This document shows, in pieces, positions 12,879-26,990 of a DNA stretch of 64,000 nucleotides. Source of the DNA: Fimicolochytrium jonesii (taxonomy: Eukaryota); assembly GCF_025526975.1 (NCBI RefSeq), contig NW_026515669.1, positions 62,001 through 126,000 of the forward strand, read 5' to 3'. A program made the position numbers and the translations under genes. The notes under the pieces are model-generated. The model had not been told where the DNA came from and made no database searches. It was given only the letters and a program-made list of their open reading frames with translations. Within the stretch, counting starts at the first letter, position 1. The number at the start of each line of letters is the position of its first letter.

Positions 12879-13640
12879 TACACGCCTGGTAGTTATAGTT
12901 TGGGGACGCCCGGACGAGGAACGCTTGGCCGCTCTATCTAGTGATGGTTCTATTGATGGTAGCAGTGCAAAGTCTTTCTATCCCACTACGAAGCGCGCAA
13001 AATGACTACACTACGGCTTGCGTGGGGAAAAATGACAAAGAAAGAAGGAGGAAAACGGAAGACCACAGCACTACTACTGTACACGGTAATGCGCCTCCTT
13101 GCGCGTTCGGATGTGAACTGCGCCACGGTCTGGTGAATCATAATGCAGAGTGTGTATCGGCAGCCGGAGTCCGGGGCAAACAGATTTACGCACGGCGTTG
13201 CGCCCCCGGGATGGAATGCGTGGAATGCAAGTTGTTGCCATGGAATGTCGTGTTTGTTTTCGTAAATTGTGGAGGTCCGCCGTCCAGAACGCGTGGAAAG
13301 TCGCCGGGTGCAAATGTCACGGCGCCCGAAGGCGTGAAGCGGGGACTCTCCAGACTCCAGCCATATCTACACGACGCTCGGCAAAAGTAAAACAGGGTCG
13401 GCTTAGCGCTAGTAAGTGAGGTCAAACAAGGGTGCGCATCGTGAGAGACGAGACGCAGGGAGACTTATGTGCAGCAGTGTTCCCGCGGAAGGCGATCGTC
13501 TCCCATTCCATACAGCCCACTTCGGTGCATAAGAAGCAGGCACCGGGCGACGGACCCCTCTCTCAAAAACTCTCGTCTGCTACCTCTCACTCCAGAAAAA
13601 CATTCCCCCCGCACATCTCCATTCCGTCCGATTCCCAACA

Positions 13641-14520
13641 ATGCTCGCCGTCAAGTGAGTCCTTCCCGCTCGCCCTCACCCTCACCCCATCCGACCCCAC
13701 GCTAACCCCTTTCTCCCACTCCAGAGAACACCAATTCCTCGCTTACATCCGCGAAAACCTCGCCCCAAACGACATCGGAAATCCAGAGGCAGTTTTGAAA
13801 CTCGCGGACGAATTCGGTCGCAAGCAGTGGCTGATGGCTGTGGGGGATACGAAGGGGGGGATTATCGATGATGTTGTGCGGGTGAGGAATCCTAAGGTGA
13901 GAAATGAGGAAGGATTGGAGGGGGAGGTTCGGGGGGATATAAGTATTGAAGATGGGTTTATTGGCTTCCTAGGTGATGATTGAACTCGGCTGTTATTGCG
14001 GATACAGCGCAACACGCTTCGCCCGGTTGTTGCAAGGGGAGGATTCGCACTACTATTCGTTTGAGATGAACGAGGTGTATGCCGATATCGCTCGCCAGGT
14101 AAGCGTCTTGGGATCCGTTTTGCCGTTCCATATGGGTCCCCACGCTTATCAGGTCAACCTCCCCGTTTCTAGATCTTCGAATTAGCAGGCCTCTCCCACA
14201 AAATCACAATCATCACCGGCCCCTTTGAAGAAACCTTCCGCCTCCTCTCCTCCACCTACAACGTCCAAACCGTCGATCTCGTCTTCATCGATCATGCAAA
14301 GGACCGATACCTCCACGACCTGCTCCTGCTTCAAAATCAGTCCACCTACTTGAAACCAGGAACGATCATTGTTGCGGATAATATTATCAAGCCGGGCGTC
14401 CCTGATTATCTGGAGTACGCGATGAATACGGATACGTTGAGGAGTAGGATGGTCGAGACGGAGTTTGAGTATACTACGACGGGGGAGAAGGATGCGCTTG
14501 TTGTTAGTGAGGTTTTGTAG
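13641..14520 (+). CDS. Catechol O-methyltransferase-like SAM-dependent methyltransferase (4 exons)
   Basis: Spliced product MLAVKEHQFLAYI...WLMAVGDTKG...ELGCYCGYSA...DLVFIDHAKDRY...IVADNIIKPGVPDYLEY matches COMT-family motifs (MxVGDxKG, ELGxYCGYS, DHxKDRY, ADN). Confidence 0.92.
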
Positions 14521-15264
14521 GGAGGTGGGAGGAGGGAGGGTTTGGGTTTCTCGATTGGTAGAAATCTGTAGCGTATTATAGTGGTAGCATCCGTATTGCA
14601 TATGTCTGTTTCAGTCTGTTCACATTCCCCAATTGTATATACTTACACAAAACAACACAAAAACAAACTCCGAGTCGTGAAGGGGGCAGAAGACCATATA
14701 CAAATTACTGGTTGATCGCCAGAGACGCGATGATTGCAAAGACCCTTGACATTAGCCGTCACGCAACCATTGTTATTCGTTTGCATATGCGCACCTGCAT
14801 GGTATCCGATGGTTCTTTGATATTCATTGTGGTGATATATGTTTGTGGTGGCCAGCATGCCCAGTGAGGCAGGATCTTGGACCTTGGATCACCCTGTCCG
14901 GTGTGCCGTTGGCAAATTCATCGGGGGACATCGGAAGCGAAACGATGCAAGAGGGGTTTCCCCCGCCCAATCAACTTTTACATCAACTCCGTCAACCGAT
15001 ATGCATAGACCCATCTGCCCCTCTGTCCTCATCTATGATTCCGTTTAGTTGAACTCAACTCGCATGGCGGATGATTTTGAGATGTACCGCCCTTGCTATC
15101 GTCTGTAAATATGAACACAGGGAAAGCGCATGGCCAGAAAACAAAAACCTTGCCGGAAAACGTGTCCATTTCAGACTCTAGGAATGACAAGAGGTATATA
15201 CAATAGATATCCAAACGCTCAAACCAGAATCAAGAAAGGATCTCAGGTCAAACGGGCCTGGAGT

Positions 15265-18200
15265 CTACATCCCCTGAACTCCACCTACGCCTTGAACCCC
15301 ACCCTCACCCCTCCCCACCAACGCCCTAAACGTAACGCCCCCCTCCGCCACGGGCCTCGGCTCCCTCACCAAGTCCGCCGGCGCTCCCAACTCCTGCACC
15401 AGGCCCCCCTGCAACACCATCACGCGATCATAATCCATAATCGTCCCCACACGGTGCGCGATGGTCAACACCGTCGCGTCCCTAAACTCCGACCGGATAA
15501 CAGCCTGGATCATCGCGTCGGTTTCCGCGTCCATCCCCGCCGTCGCTTCGTCGAGGACGATGACGCGTGAGCGGCGGAGGAGGGCGCGGGACAGGCACAG
15601 GAGCTGTTTCTCGCCGACGCTGAACGGGGTCGCGGTGATGGGTGTGTCGAGTTCCGGCGATGTGGAGAATCGGTGGTGCATGCCCACGGCGCGGAGGGCT
15701 GCCCATAGCTCTGCGTCGCCACTCGTGCCCGTGGGGTCGAGGTTGAACCTCACGGAGCCGGCAAACAGCGCCGGGTCCTGCGGGATCAGCGTGAACCGCG
15801 ATCGGATGCATTGGAGGTCGACGGAGCGGGTGTCGATGGCGTCGACGAGGATGCGGCCGGAGTCGAGGGGCGTGAGGCCGAAGAGGGCGGCGGCGAGGCT
15901 GGACTTGCCGGCGCCCGTGCGGCCGACTATGCCGATCTTCTCGCCGGGTGTGGTGATGAAGGAGACGTGGGAGAGGACGAGCGGCATGCAGGGGCGGTAG
16001 CGCATGCTGACGTCGTCGAATGAGATCTGACCAGCCGTGGGCCAATCGTCGGGGGTCACGGAGCCGGCCGTCGCATCCTCAACGACCTCAAACCCAGCCC
16101 CGGTGTCCCCCGCCCGCCGCTCCCGCTCCGTGGGCAGATCGGTGTACTCCGCGACCCTCTCGACCGCCACGGCCTGGTTCTGCAGATCGCCAAACAACCG
16201 CAACAGCATCATCAACGCGCCCGTGATCTGCATCGCGTACGTGATCGTCAGCCCCGCGCCGCCCACACTCACCCGCTCCCTCATCACGACCGCAAACACG
16301 CACGAGCCCAGCACGACGCACGCCGCGAGCAGCTCCGAGCGGATCTGCACCCATTTGTTGCCGCAGAGGAACGTCAGGAAGGCGCTTTGGTTCACGTCGA
16401 GGAGGGTTTGGTACCGCGACGAGAAGGCCTGGTGCCGGCCGTGGACGCGGATGGTGGAGGCCGCGGGGAGCACGGTGGAGGCTGCGGCGTACACGGGGGA
16501 GGAGGCAATCATCATCAACCGCTTAAGTTCGCGTGAACTCGCGAGGTAGTACGACTGCAGCAGGTAGTAGGCGCCCGCTAGCGGGCCGATGAAGGTCAGG
16601 AACACCGGGTTGGTGACGACGATGATGATCAGGGTCGAGACGACGGAGAGCGCGGCGTACAGGAACTGCACGTAGGTCTGCACGAGCGATTCGTCGATGG
16701 TGCCCATATCCTGCGAGAAGCGGTTGTTGATGCGGCCCACGGGGGTTGTGTCGAACCACGAAGCGGGCGCGTCCATGACGGCGCGTAGCATCCGGGCATG
16801 CAGCACCCGGCCGCCCTCGATGCCCGTTTTTGCATAGAGCAGCGCGTACGCGGCGAAGACTACAACACCGGCTGCGGCGACGCTGGCGGCGTAGTAGCCG
16901 AGGTAAGTGTTGTCGCCGTCGAGTGTGTCGGCCCATTTGGAGAGGATGACGGTGGAGGAGATGAGCGCGGCTTGCGCGAGGCTGGCAACGAGGAGCCCGC
17001 TGAGCAGCCAGGCGGTGCCACTGGCACGGATGTAGGTGAGGTAGTGGGAGGATTTGACGGCGCCGGTTGAGCGGGACTCGGTTTGGATGAGTTTGCCGTC
17101 CTTTCTGGGAGTGTCGTTCCCGACGTCTTTGTCAGGAATCAGATGAACTACTTCTACATCGCCGCCCGACTTCGCGTTCACTGTACCGGAAGTTGAGACC
17201 GACGCAAAATCCTCACCCGGGTCCTCCCTCTGACTCCCCTCACCCCCGTCATCCCCACTCATCATCCCCGCGCTCTCCAAAATCCTCCCAAACTCCGTCT
17301 CGCCCCTCACCAGCTCCACATACCCCCCCTGCTCAACCACCGCGCCCCCCTTCACCACCACAACCCAATCCACCTCCGCAATCCCCTTCAACCAATGCGT
17401 CACCACCACCCTCGTCTTCTCCTTCAACAACCCGCGGGGCCCAATCACGTGATCCCAGATATGTCTCGCGACCTGCGCGTCGACGGCGGAGAGGGGGTCG
17501 TCGAGGAGGTACAGCGAAGCTGCGGCGTAGACTGCGCGGGCGAGGGAGATGCGCTGCGTTTCGGCGTGCCAGGTGGGGGTTAGTCTTCTCTCATCACATT
17601 TGCACAGCGGGAGGGAAACCATGTAACAGAAACCAACGTACCTGTTTCTGCCCGCCGCTGAGATTGACCCCTTGTTCGCCAATCTCCGTGTCGTCGCCCG
17701 CGGCCATCCCCGCGATATCGCTGCGGAGCGCACACGCGTCCACCACCGCGGTATACCACGTTTCGTCGTAGTCCCGCCCAAACAGGATGTTTTCACGGAG
17801 GGTAGCGTTCTGGATCCACGGTTGTTGCGGGACGTGCGCGATGGTCAGGCCGTCGAGGATGTGGACGCGGGAGGAGGGGGGCACGGGGAGCATTTCGCCG
17901 AGGATGGCGGCGAGGAGGGACGATTTGCCGGCGCCGAGGGGGCCGACGAGGGCGGTGAGGGCGCGGCGGGGGATGGCGAGGGTGAGGTTCGTCAGGGTCG
18001 GTGTGGGCACATCCTCATCCCAGGCGAAGCTGGCGTTGTCGAACACGACCGCGGAGCCCCCCGGCTGCGCGTCGCTTGCGACCCTCTGCACGGCGTTCGG
18101 GTCGAGTTCGTCGAGGAGCATGTACGCCTCGAGGCGGGTGAGCGACACCCGCGCGCCGTTGCCGTTGGTGAAGAACGCGTTGAGATCCTGCACCGGTTCC

Positions 18201-20002
18201 GCGATGACCGCAAACAAGGATATGCTGACAAAGATCCGCGTCGCGTCCAGCGGGGTGCCGAGCGCGACGGCGGTGGCGAAACTGGCGAGCGTGACGAGGA
18301 GGGGCGTCATGGTCCCGAGGAACAGCTCGGCGGCGGCGTACAGCGCCATGCTGCGCAGGGCCAGCAGCTCGTTCCTGCGTGCGTGTTCGATGCGGGTGAA
18401 GAAGGGTGCGATCCACCCGTAGTATTTCAACGAGCGGATATGGGTCAACGCTTCGTCGACGAGGTTGACGCGTGTGTCCGCGTGCTTCATCTTTCGCGCA
18501 AACAGACGCTCGTACAGCCGGCCCATCCCCGCCTGCATCGGGACCAAGAGCAGCACAATCACGCCCAACCCCGCCAGCGTCGCGGTGCCCAACTGCTGCC
18601 AGAGTAGATAGGTCCCGATGGCGACGTTGAGCGGCGCGGCCCAGAAGAGGTGGGAGAGCTGCATGAAGTTCATCACGCGGCCGGTATCCATGCCCATGTG
18701 GTTGGACAGCTGGCCTGCGGAGGTGCGTTGGCGCGCGGCGGGAGAGAGGTGGATGGATTTATGGTAGATGAATGCGTTCACCGCTGCGCGGAGCTTGTAG
18801 CCGGTGAGGAAGGCGTTGACCCATGCCTGCACGTTCAGGATGCTGTTGAGCACGCCGGCGGTGAAGATGAGGAGGGCGAGGAGAATGCCGAGCCATAGGG
18901 GTGTGGTGGCGTCGCTGATGACGGAGAGGATTTGCCCGAGGAGGATGGATTGGAGGTAGGCGAACACCATGGCTGCGAAGCGTTGCACGCCGGCGAGGAC
19001 CCATAGGGTGCCAAAGGCGTTGTAGGCGGCGCGTAGCAGGCTGGGTTTGGCATCCTGTCCTGCTGTTGCAGCCCGCTGCCCCTCGGCTACCCATGCTTTC
19101 CTGAGTTTGGTCACCAGGCTCCCGCTGGTCTGTTTGGGCGCTGGCGTCCACAGATCGCTCATCTGCAGCGTGCGCTTCTTCCCCGTCTTCATCACGCTGT
19201 GCATGTACTGGAACGTCACGCGGGAAAACACATTCACGTTGCTTCCCGTCGGCGTCGGGCTCTGCGGGGTCAACGTCTCCTCATCAACGGCGCGGGTGAG
19301 GTTTTCAAGCACGAATTGCGCGATGAGCATCCCGAGCTCGATGGCGGTGGTGATCAGGGCTGATGTCGGTAGCAGCGCGATGTGGGCGCTGGTGAGGGAG
19401 CGCACACGGATGGAGGCGAGCACGGCTGCGAGGGGCCAGTAGACGAGCAGAAGGGTGGAGGGGCGAAATGTGCGCGTGTGCTCGACCCATAACAAGGTCG
19501 AGGCGGAAATCAAGGCGATGAGGTGGAGTGTGCCTTGCAGCACGGTGGCGGATCCGTACTGCTCGACATACTCCGGCGTCGTGAGTGCGATAAGGAGGCT
19601 GGCGAGGGCCGATGCCGCGGTGGCGATGGAGAGGATGCGATTCAGCGCGCGATGCCAGATATGTTGCAATTTTTGGGTGGCTGGGGATGTGGGCCGGCAC
19701 CATAGGAAATGGAGACGGAGGAGCGCTAGAATGGTGAGGATAAGGTCCGGGATGAGGTATAGGATCCTTTATGGATTTGATGAGAAGGCCCGTCAGTATG
19801 GCTGCATGCCGAGGCAAATGCAGAGCATCGACAGCAAGTTACCCATTGAGAAAGCACGGGGAAAAGTCCTGGACACTCGAGCGCTGATCAAAGACGGTCT
19901 GGAATCACACCATTCAGAACATCTCGATCCACCGCGCAATCCCTTTACTCAAACCGCGAAGCCACTCACCAGCCCCGACTGACTCGTTCCACAGAACGTC
20001 AT
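15265..20002 (-). CDS. ABCC/MRP-type ABC transporter with TMD0
   Basis: N-terminal MTFCG...DFSPCF TMD0 signature. NBD1 has GPLGAGKSS, LSGGQKQ|RISLARAVY and LLDDPLSAVD. NBD2 has GRTGAGKSS, FSVGEKQLLCLSRALL, LDEATA and IAHR. Two TM domains are present. Confidence 0.95.
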
Positions 20003-22203
20003 GCGGAAAATTGACTCTTTTGTTGCAAAGATATATCAACTTGAATGCTAACGATGTTAAAACGACTTCGGGTAGGGTTGCTACCGTAGGTACGTGTATG
20101 TTGGGCGGCAGTGCTGTTTTCCTCAGACGTTCTCCCGCACCCCAGTCCTGACTTTATATAATCCAGTATTCGCACACGTCCAGGATATACGACCCCCGAC
20201 CATAGGCTTTAGGTTCTTTGCACCCATTTCTACCGTCCGTAGGAAGCCCACGAAGCTCATTTCCTTGCGGCGAGTCGGCGCCCATGTTCGAATTTTAGAA
20301 TTTCGGAGGTCAAGCTTTTTACTGTAATTTCGGTGAGAAGAGAAACAAATTAGAGGATCAAGGGCGGTAGATTCGTGTCAGGAAGGGAAAGTACCGAGGG
20401 TTGGGAACCTTGGGGACCATGGGATATCGCTCATGGGCTTCTGGTTTCTTCATCATGGGGGATGGTAGGAGGGTGAGACGGGTAAGGAATGGAAGGGCCA
20501 CAAAACCCGACGCCCGCCAGCCGCAGTATCAATCGAACTCGATCCCCACGAACGCCCGGGTGGTTTTGACAGTGTCATTGCTATTGACAGGCGCGTTTCG
20601 AGTAACGTAAGCATATAAACGCGTCCGTCGAATCGAGACTTCCCCAGACAACAGAAAGCAGCATTCGTTCTTTCTTCCGCTTCGTCCCACCACCAGTCCC
20701 AGCACATAGCCACCTGACCTTGAACTTATATAGATAGGAACCGACAATGGCTCCCAGAACGACAACGACCCATCACGCAATCGACCGTCCTCGTGCGAGC
20801 CAAAAGCGGCGTACAACCGGCCCCCACAAGCCACGAGAGATCGCGCGGCGGTCCCCTGCAAAAGACTTGGATGAGTTTCCACGAGGTCAATGGCGTTGAT
20901 CCCGCCATTGTACACTGATATAAAAGCGTCGCCGAACCTCTCCAATGTACAATTTACAATCATGTACTCTACAAACACCGACAGCACAATGAGCCGAAGG
21001 AAGAGTAGGACTAGCCCGCACCAACACATCGTGCTCTAACGAGTGACTCTTGAGGAAGGATGTCCAGGCAATCAGTGGCCAACAGGCAGCAGCAAATCGG
21101 AAACCGTTGGTGGTGGTTTTAGCGATGGAGAGATCCGAGTGCAGGGTCCTTTGTGACCAACACAACAACAGCTCATCCAGTATCAAGGTTCCTGGACGCG
21201 GACTATACCTGAAAGGATTCTTGAAGAACCGAAAAGCGAAACTCAGTGATTGCGAGTATTGCAGGGGCCCTCATAAGGGGGGGGGGGCCCTTCTTCCACA
21301 AGGAATATATCTAAGAATATAGACAATCACCCACACCGCTGGCCTGCGCTCCCTTCGCCAGCCTCCAATTTCTCATCCCGTGCGTGCGTGGGCTGGACGA
21401 GTTTCAAGGAACTGATGACTTGGGTTTTTGAGAGTGGACGGAAAAGGAGTATGGACGGCGCAGGAAGTAAGGGACCCGGCAGGACGTGGGCGCTTGGCAT
21501 GGAGACGCGGCGGGTGGTGAGGGTGGAGAGAGATCAAACTCTCGACGCCGCGGACATAGGCAAGTCGAACTCAGCAGGAGGATACGTGCGCGGGTGAGGG
21601 ACGAGGCGAGTGTTGGCAAGACCCATGATGCTGCAGGAATACTAAATGAACGCCAGCTGTCGGGAATGAAGCTCTTATATCCGTGTAAGATAGCATGGGA
21701 GTCAAAATTGCGTGCAGAGAAAGCGCGTGTGTGAGTGTTTGCAAAAAGGGGGAGAATTTCCACGGGAGGCAGTGACTTTGCCGCCGGCGAGCCTAGTCAC
21801 GTGACTCCCCTTGAGAAGAGGAAGTTGGCGAGAACGAGGCGGTGAGGGGACTCATCTCGGGGGGGGGCGAGAGGCGAAGGAGGCGGACGGCACACAAGCG
21901 GACGAGCAGACGGCCACGACGCAAAAACGGACAACGGCAGAGCGGCACATAACTCCCACTCTCACACTCCCACTCCCCCCCTGCCTGCCTTCACAACTCC
22001 CAACTCCCACTCTCTCGCGGAGGCATCACCCGCCCACGCGCAGTCTCCTCCTGAGCCTACCCTACCTCTTACCCGCCTCCGTAGCACCCCCGCTCGTCCC
22101 AACCGCTCGTCGTAGACCTCCCAGCGCGTCAAGAGACTCTGGATTGTGTCACGCCTCCGAAAAACGCCTCTCGAGAAAAAACACTACGACCCGACAAGAA
22201 AAC

Positions 22204-22531
22204 GTAAGTGTGAAAACGTGAGGTGTGAAGTGTGACTTGTTCGAAGTGTGTGGTGTGAATCCTGGACTTTCCATTTTGGGACCGTAATCATGCGTCACAT
22301 ACTATGAAGGCGAATCTCTCGGCGTGGGAAAATGGGTGTGAGCCCCAAGCCAGGCCCATGGCGGGGAACGAAGCGACGCGCAAGACTGGCTTGGGGCTGC
22401 CGACGGATAGCGAGCAACGGCACGAGCGACAGCGGAGGCCCAACCTCCATGCTCAACACACCTCAGCGATACAGTCCCGTTTTTTTCGTGAACACTACTA
22501 ACACCTCCATCTCCCTGCTCAATATCTACAG
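22204..22531 (+). other. Probable 5'UTR intron of the C2H2 gene
   Basis: GTAAGT donor at 22204, perfect TACTAAC branch point at ~22496, TACAG acceptor at 22531. Confidence 0.65.
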
Positions 22532-22663
22532 TCAACAACCCACCCGATACCCATCCCACAGGGGAATGATCCACCACTGGCAAAGGACACAGACCACATC
22601 TCATCGCACCCATCCAACAGCAACACCAACATCTCCCACCCTTCACCCCCAACCCACCCAGCA

Positions 22664-25181
22664 ATGATGATCCCCCCCTCTCAAATGTGTCTCCCCTCGC
22701 CTTCGGCAAACCTCTTTGAACGGAGCATGAACGCCCTCGTCTCCAATTTCAAAGGCTCAATGGCCGCGGCGGCGGCGGCAGCGGCTAGTCAGGGGACGTT
22801 CGATTGGGGGATTGAGGAGGATCCGGCGTCGTTTTTGGGGTCCAATTGGGATCCCACGCAGGGATTTGAGGAGGGTGGTGGGAAGGAGGGGTTGGATGAG
22901 CTTTTTGATCAGGATTTACTTGGTAGGTAACTTTGCGAGCGAAGCGAGCAGCTCCACCCATCGACATTCAGTAACGGCGATGGTTGGATCTTGCTGGCGC
23001 TCAATGATCGTGCACCCTTTGCTTACCTTGCCCTTGATCATTCCAGGCCTCTTTGCGGCGTCAGCAAACCTTCAACAAAAGGGCGGGGATTTAACAGGCG
23101 ACAACAACAACAACAATCTACCCAACCTATCACCATCGACAGAAGCCCTCTTCACGCTCGACAATGGGCAATACCTCCTAACACCCGGTGGCTCCCTACG
23201 CACAGATTCATTCCTGGGTGCCCCATCCGCCACACACCTCTCTTCCTCCTCACCTGCGCAACTCGACCAGGACCAAATAACAGATTACGATGCCGCATTC
23301 ACAAACTACCAGGCGCCAACGCCGTTCTCTTCCACCGCAGGAGCAGCAGGTACCGCCGCATCACCGGGCAACGCGCTACCATCTTCAGCCTCGTCAGCGA
23401 TGCTTGCACCTCTCCCGAACAGTCTAGACGTTGACGAGTTCAAAAACCCGGCGTTCGACTACATCGTTGGTTCTTTCCTCGACACGATCGAATCGATGGC
23501 ACCGGCGACCAATTTTGATCTCGACGCCTTTGCCGACATTGGGAAAACATATACCAACAGTATGGGCTCGCTGGATCCCAATGCCCTTGGAAGCAGCGGC
23601 GCCGGGTTGGGATCGTATGGGGACGGCAAGGGTTTGGAGTTCCATGAAGACATGTTGCTGCTCGATTTCGATGATTTCGCGTCGTCGCTGGCGTTGAAGA
23701 ACCAGACGACTTCGGCAGCTGTAGCACAGTTTGATGATAGTCTGAGTGGGTTGAACAATCTGGCGGCCTCGGCCGGGCTCAATGCGGAGAGCCGGTATGG
23801 TGGGGCGGGTGGTGGAGTGTCGATGGGGAACGTATATGCACCACCACCGCAACAAACGTCGCCACAGAACACGACGGCGTATGGCCTCTCGCCCAATGCG
23901 CAGATTACGAATGCGAGTCCCGCCGCGATGCAGCAGCAACAACAACGGCAATATCAACAGCAGCAAGGGATGATGCTCGCCCCTAGCCGGGCTGCTTCGC
24001 GAAGAGGACCGGGAGCAGGGGCGGATGCGAGCAGGTACTCTCCTCGGCCGCCGACCAACTCGCAATCGTCATACCAGCAGCAGCAGCAACAACAGCTTTT
24101 GCAGCATCCACCGCAATCGCAGCACCGCATGGGCAAGCAGACGTCTGACCCGTCGCAGTTCCTGAACAACCAGGGTGGGTTGGATATATATAACGGCACG
24201 CCGCCTGCGCAGAAGTTCCAACCCCCGCAGCAACAACAGCAACAGAATATGGGCAGACCATACCAACAACCGCCACCGCGCCCCGTCGTCCAAAGCGCCG
24301 GCGCCGCCGCATCAGTCTACCGCCCCGCCCACACGCAGCTGTTCCCCTGCCCGAGCGCAAACTGCTCCAAAGTCTTCTCGAAATACACCTCCCTGACGCA
24401 GCATCTCGCGACCCAGCACGGCGTCACGCAGATGCCGCAGGCACCGCCGGTTGCCCCGCAAGGGCTATCGCACCATCATCCACATCACCCGCAACAATCC
24501 CAACCACAATCGCACATATACAACCCGAACCACCCGCAACCCCAACAACACCTGAATCACCCACCCGGCCCCCTCTACCACACCCCCCAATCACACTACA
24601 TCTCCCACCCAACATCCACCTCTCCCGCCGCAACCACCCAATCGCAGACAAACACGTCAAAAGCAAAACCCTACCACTGCACCCTCTGCCCCCAAACCTT
24701 CTCCCGCTCCCACGACCTCAAACGGCACTACTACGTGCACACGCAGGAAAAACCTTACCGGTGTAAACGGTGCCAGAAGGGGTTCTCCCGACGGGACGCG
24801 CTCAAGCGGCACGAGAAGAGCGTGGCGGAGGGGAAGAAGGTGCATTGCCGGGCGGCGGATGGGAGTGTGATCGGCGGGCCGTGGGCGGATGATGAAGATG
24901 AAGATGAAGAGGAGGAGTGGGAGGGGAAGAGGAGGACGAGTGGGTTGAGTGGCGGCGCCGCGAGCGAGTTTGGAGGGAGTCCGATGCCGCAGCATGTGAT
25001 ACAACAACAACAACAACAACAACAACAACAGAGACCGCAATCGGCACCGGAGGGTGTGGGGCATGCCGGACAACAGCAGCAGCCGGACCCGCTGTATCAA
25101 CAACTCAGGCAGCAGCAGCATGCGGCGAGGGAGAGGATGGAGAGTGGGGGAAGCGGGGGGAGTGGCGGTGGAGCGCAATAG
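22664..25181 (+). CDS. C2H2 zinc-finger transcription factor with Q-rich low-complexity regions
   Basis: Intron 22923-23046. Fingers CPSANCSKVFSKYTSLTQHLATQH and CTLCPQTFSRSHDLKRHYYVH-TQEKPY-RCKRCQKGFSRRDALKRH. Several polyQ tracts. Confidence 0.9.
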
Positions 25182-26048
25182 GATATTGTGCCGCGGGGGT
25201 ATCCTTTCCTGGGGGGTTGAGTTCCACACACGCATACCATGGCATACCCCCCTCGTTACCACTCACAGGGTTTCTGAATCATAATTCTTAATTACACCCT
25301 TGTTATGGGAAAAAAACGCATACATGCAACATATGATTGTTCTTTTTTTTTTGCTTTGCGAAAGTGTCCCAGAACGGTCCGCCTCCAAAAACCTCCCCAC
25401 CCGATGTCGGGCCCGCGTCCCATCCCCCCGGATCCCCTTCTCTCACGCTTGCCCCCTTCCCGACCGGTTACGACGTCCAAGGCTTTATCGACCTCGTGCA
25501 TTTTCTCGACAATGGCGCTTCCGTCATCAGCGTACGCTTCCTCTCCCACTACCCCTTGTCTCCTTGCCCTCCGTCGGGTGAAAAGGCCGCAGCCCGGCCG
25601 TCGAGGCGAGATCGTAGAGATGAAGACTGCCACCAACCTCGCATCCAAAGAAGCCCAGCTCCGCGGCCTACAAGCCGAGCTCAAAGCCAAACTCCACGAA
25701 ATCAGCGCTCTCTTCTCTCGCGAGTTCGGCTTCGCGGCGCGCTTTGGCGATCGCGGATTTGGCTTCGGAGCCTTGGTGTACCGTCTCACGTCTGCGTCCA
25801 TATCGGGACAGTAAAACTCAATTGTAGCCCAGGTTGGCCACCCGGATCCGCATTGGCTCCCCGGCGTGTGCCACGACTTGCAGGATGGATCGGCGACGAC
25901 GTGGACGGGGCCCACTCCTTCTGGGCGGGCGTTCATGTTACGATGGTTCAGCGCGACGCTTGGACCTGCGCAGGAGGACAAGTCGTTACCAAGCCTTAGT
26001 CCTCGAATCGATTCGGTGTTGGGGAAGCCTGTGCGTTCTTGGTCCGGG

Positions 26049-26222
26049 TGCATCCTTCCCGCTCGTTCCGAGGGTCGCTTTTTTGCTCAGGTGGGGGTGC
26101 ATTGCTCCTCATGACCGGCCGGATGGGGTTTCTTGGTCATGCATCGTTCCCGTTCCGAGGGTCGCTTTTTTTGCTCAGGTGCAGTGCATTGCTCCTCATC
26201 ACCGCCCGGATGGCGTTCCTTT
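26049..26222. repeat. ~90-bp imperfect tandem duplication within apparently degraded sequence
   Basis: cgttccgagggtcgctttttt(t)gctcaggtg...gtgcattgctcctcat.accg.ccggatgg occurs twice (units start ~26049 and ~26140). Confidence 0.85.
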
Positions 26223-26918
26223 CCTTGAAAAGGAGTATACCATCTCGCCAGCGTCGCTATATAGTGGTCCTCAGGACGTGTTTGCTGCGATGGTGTCCGC
26301 CTCCATCGCTCGCACACGGAGCAAATATATGCACCCCCACGTCAACGCCACATAGATGCAGATTCGTCTTGTTTCGTGTGGGATCCGTGGTAGTTGGGAA
26401 AGCTCTTCCTCCCATGCGCTTCGGAAATCTTCGTCCGCCAGCCTCATCGCCAGCCTCATCAGGTATCCACGAGGATCTCAGCTCGCGGATGGCTCCGGAG
26501 CGCTGCCATCAGGTTTATTGAGACCGATCCGAGAAACGGAGAGATGTTTCAGCTCGTATGCTGTGCGAGGTCACTGCGATGCTGTGGGGCTTTGTCGCAA
26601 TCGAGACGGATAGTCTCTCCTCGTCGACAGCCTCGTCGGGCTGGGTCTTCCCGTGCCTTGTCGGACCGCACAGCTATTTGGATGCCCGTCCACATCCAGG
26701 AGGGTGAGTGCCGACACCCGCACGGGCTTCGGCAGTCGGCAATGCTGTTCTGTTGTTGTTCTCAGGTGCAGTCTACTGCTCTCGCTGTATCGCTCGCTCT
26801 TGGAAGTCCGGTTATGGACTGACCAGAGTCCCGAGAGACCGACGTTCCCATGATGGAGACGTGCTGATCGAATCTAACGATACGTATGGATATGTAACAG
26901 GGACTACGAAATACACAA

Positions 26919-26990
26919 GCATCCGTGGTGTAGTGGTCAACATACTCGCCTTCCAAGCGAGTGGCCCGAGTTCAAATCTCGGCGGATGCA
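26919..26990 (+). tRNA. tRNA-Gly(TCC)
   Basis: GCATCCG acceptor stem, anticodon arm ctcgc-ctTCCaa-gcgag, GTTCAAATC T-loop, T-run downstream. Confidence 0.97.

Noticed and set aside
20400..21800. Scattered short ORFs upstream of the ABC transporter
   Set aside because: Multiple stops and no recognisable motifs.
25292..26850. Overlapping 150-250 aa ORFs on both strands
   Set aside because: No consistent frame or domain. It may be a pseudogene, but no product can be supported.
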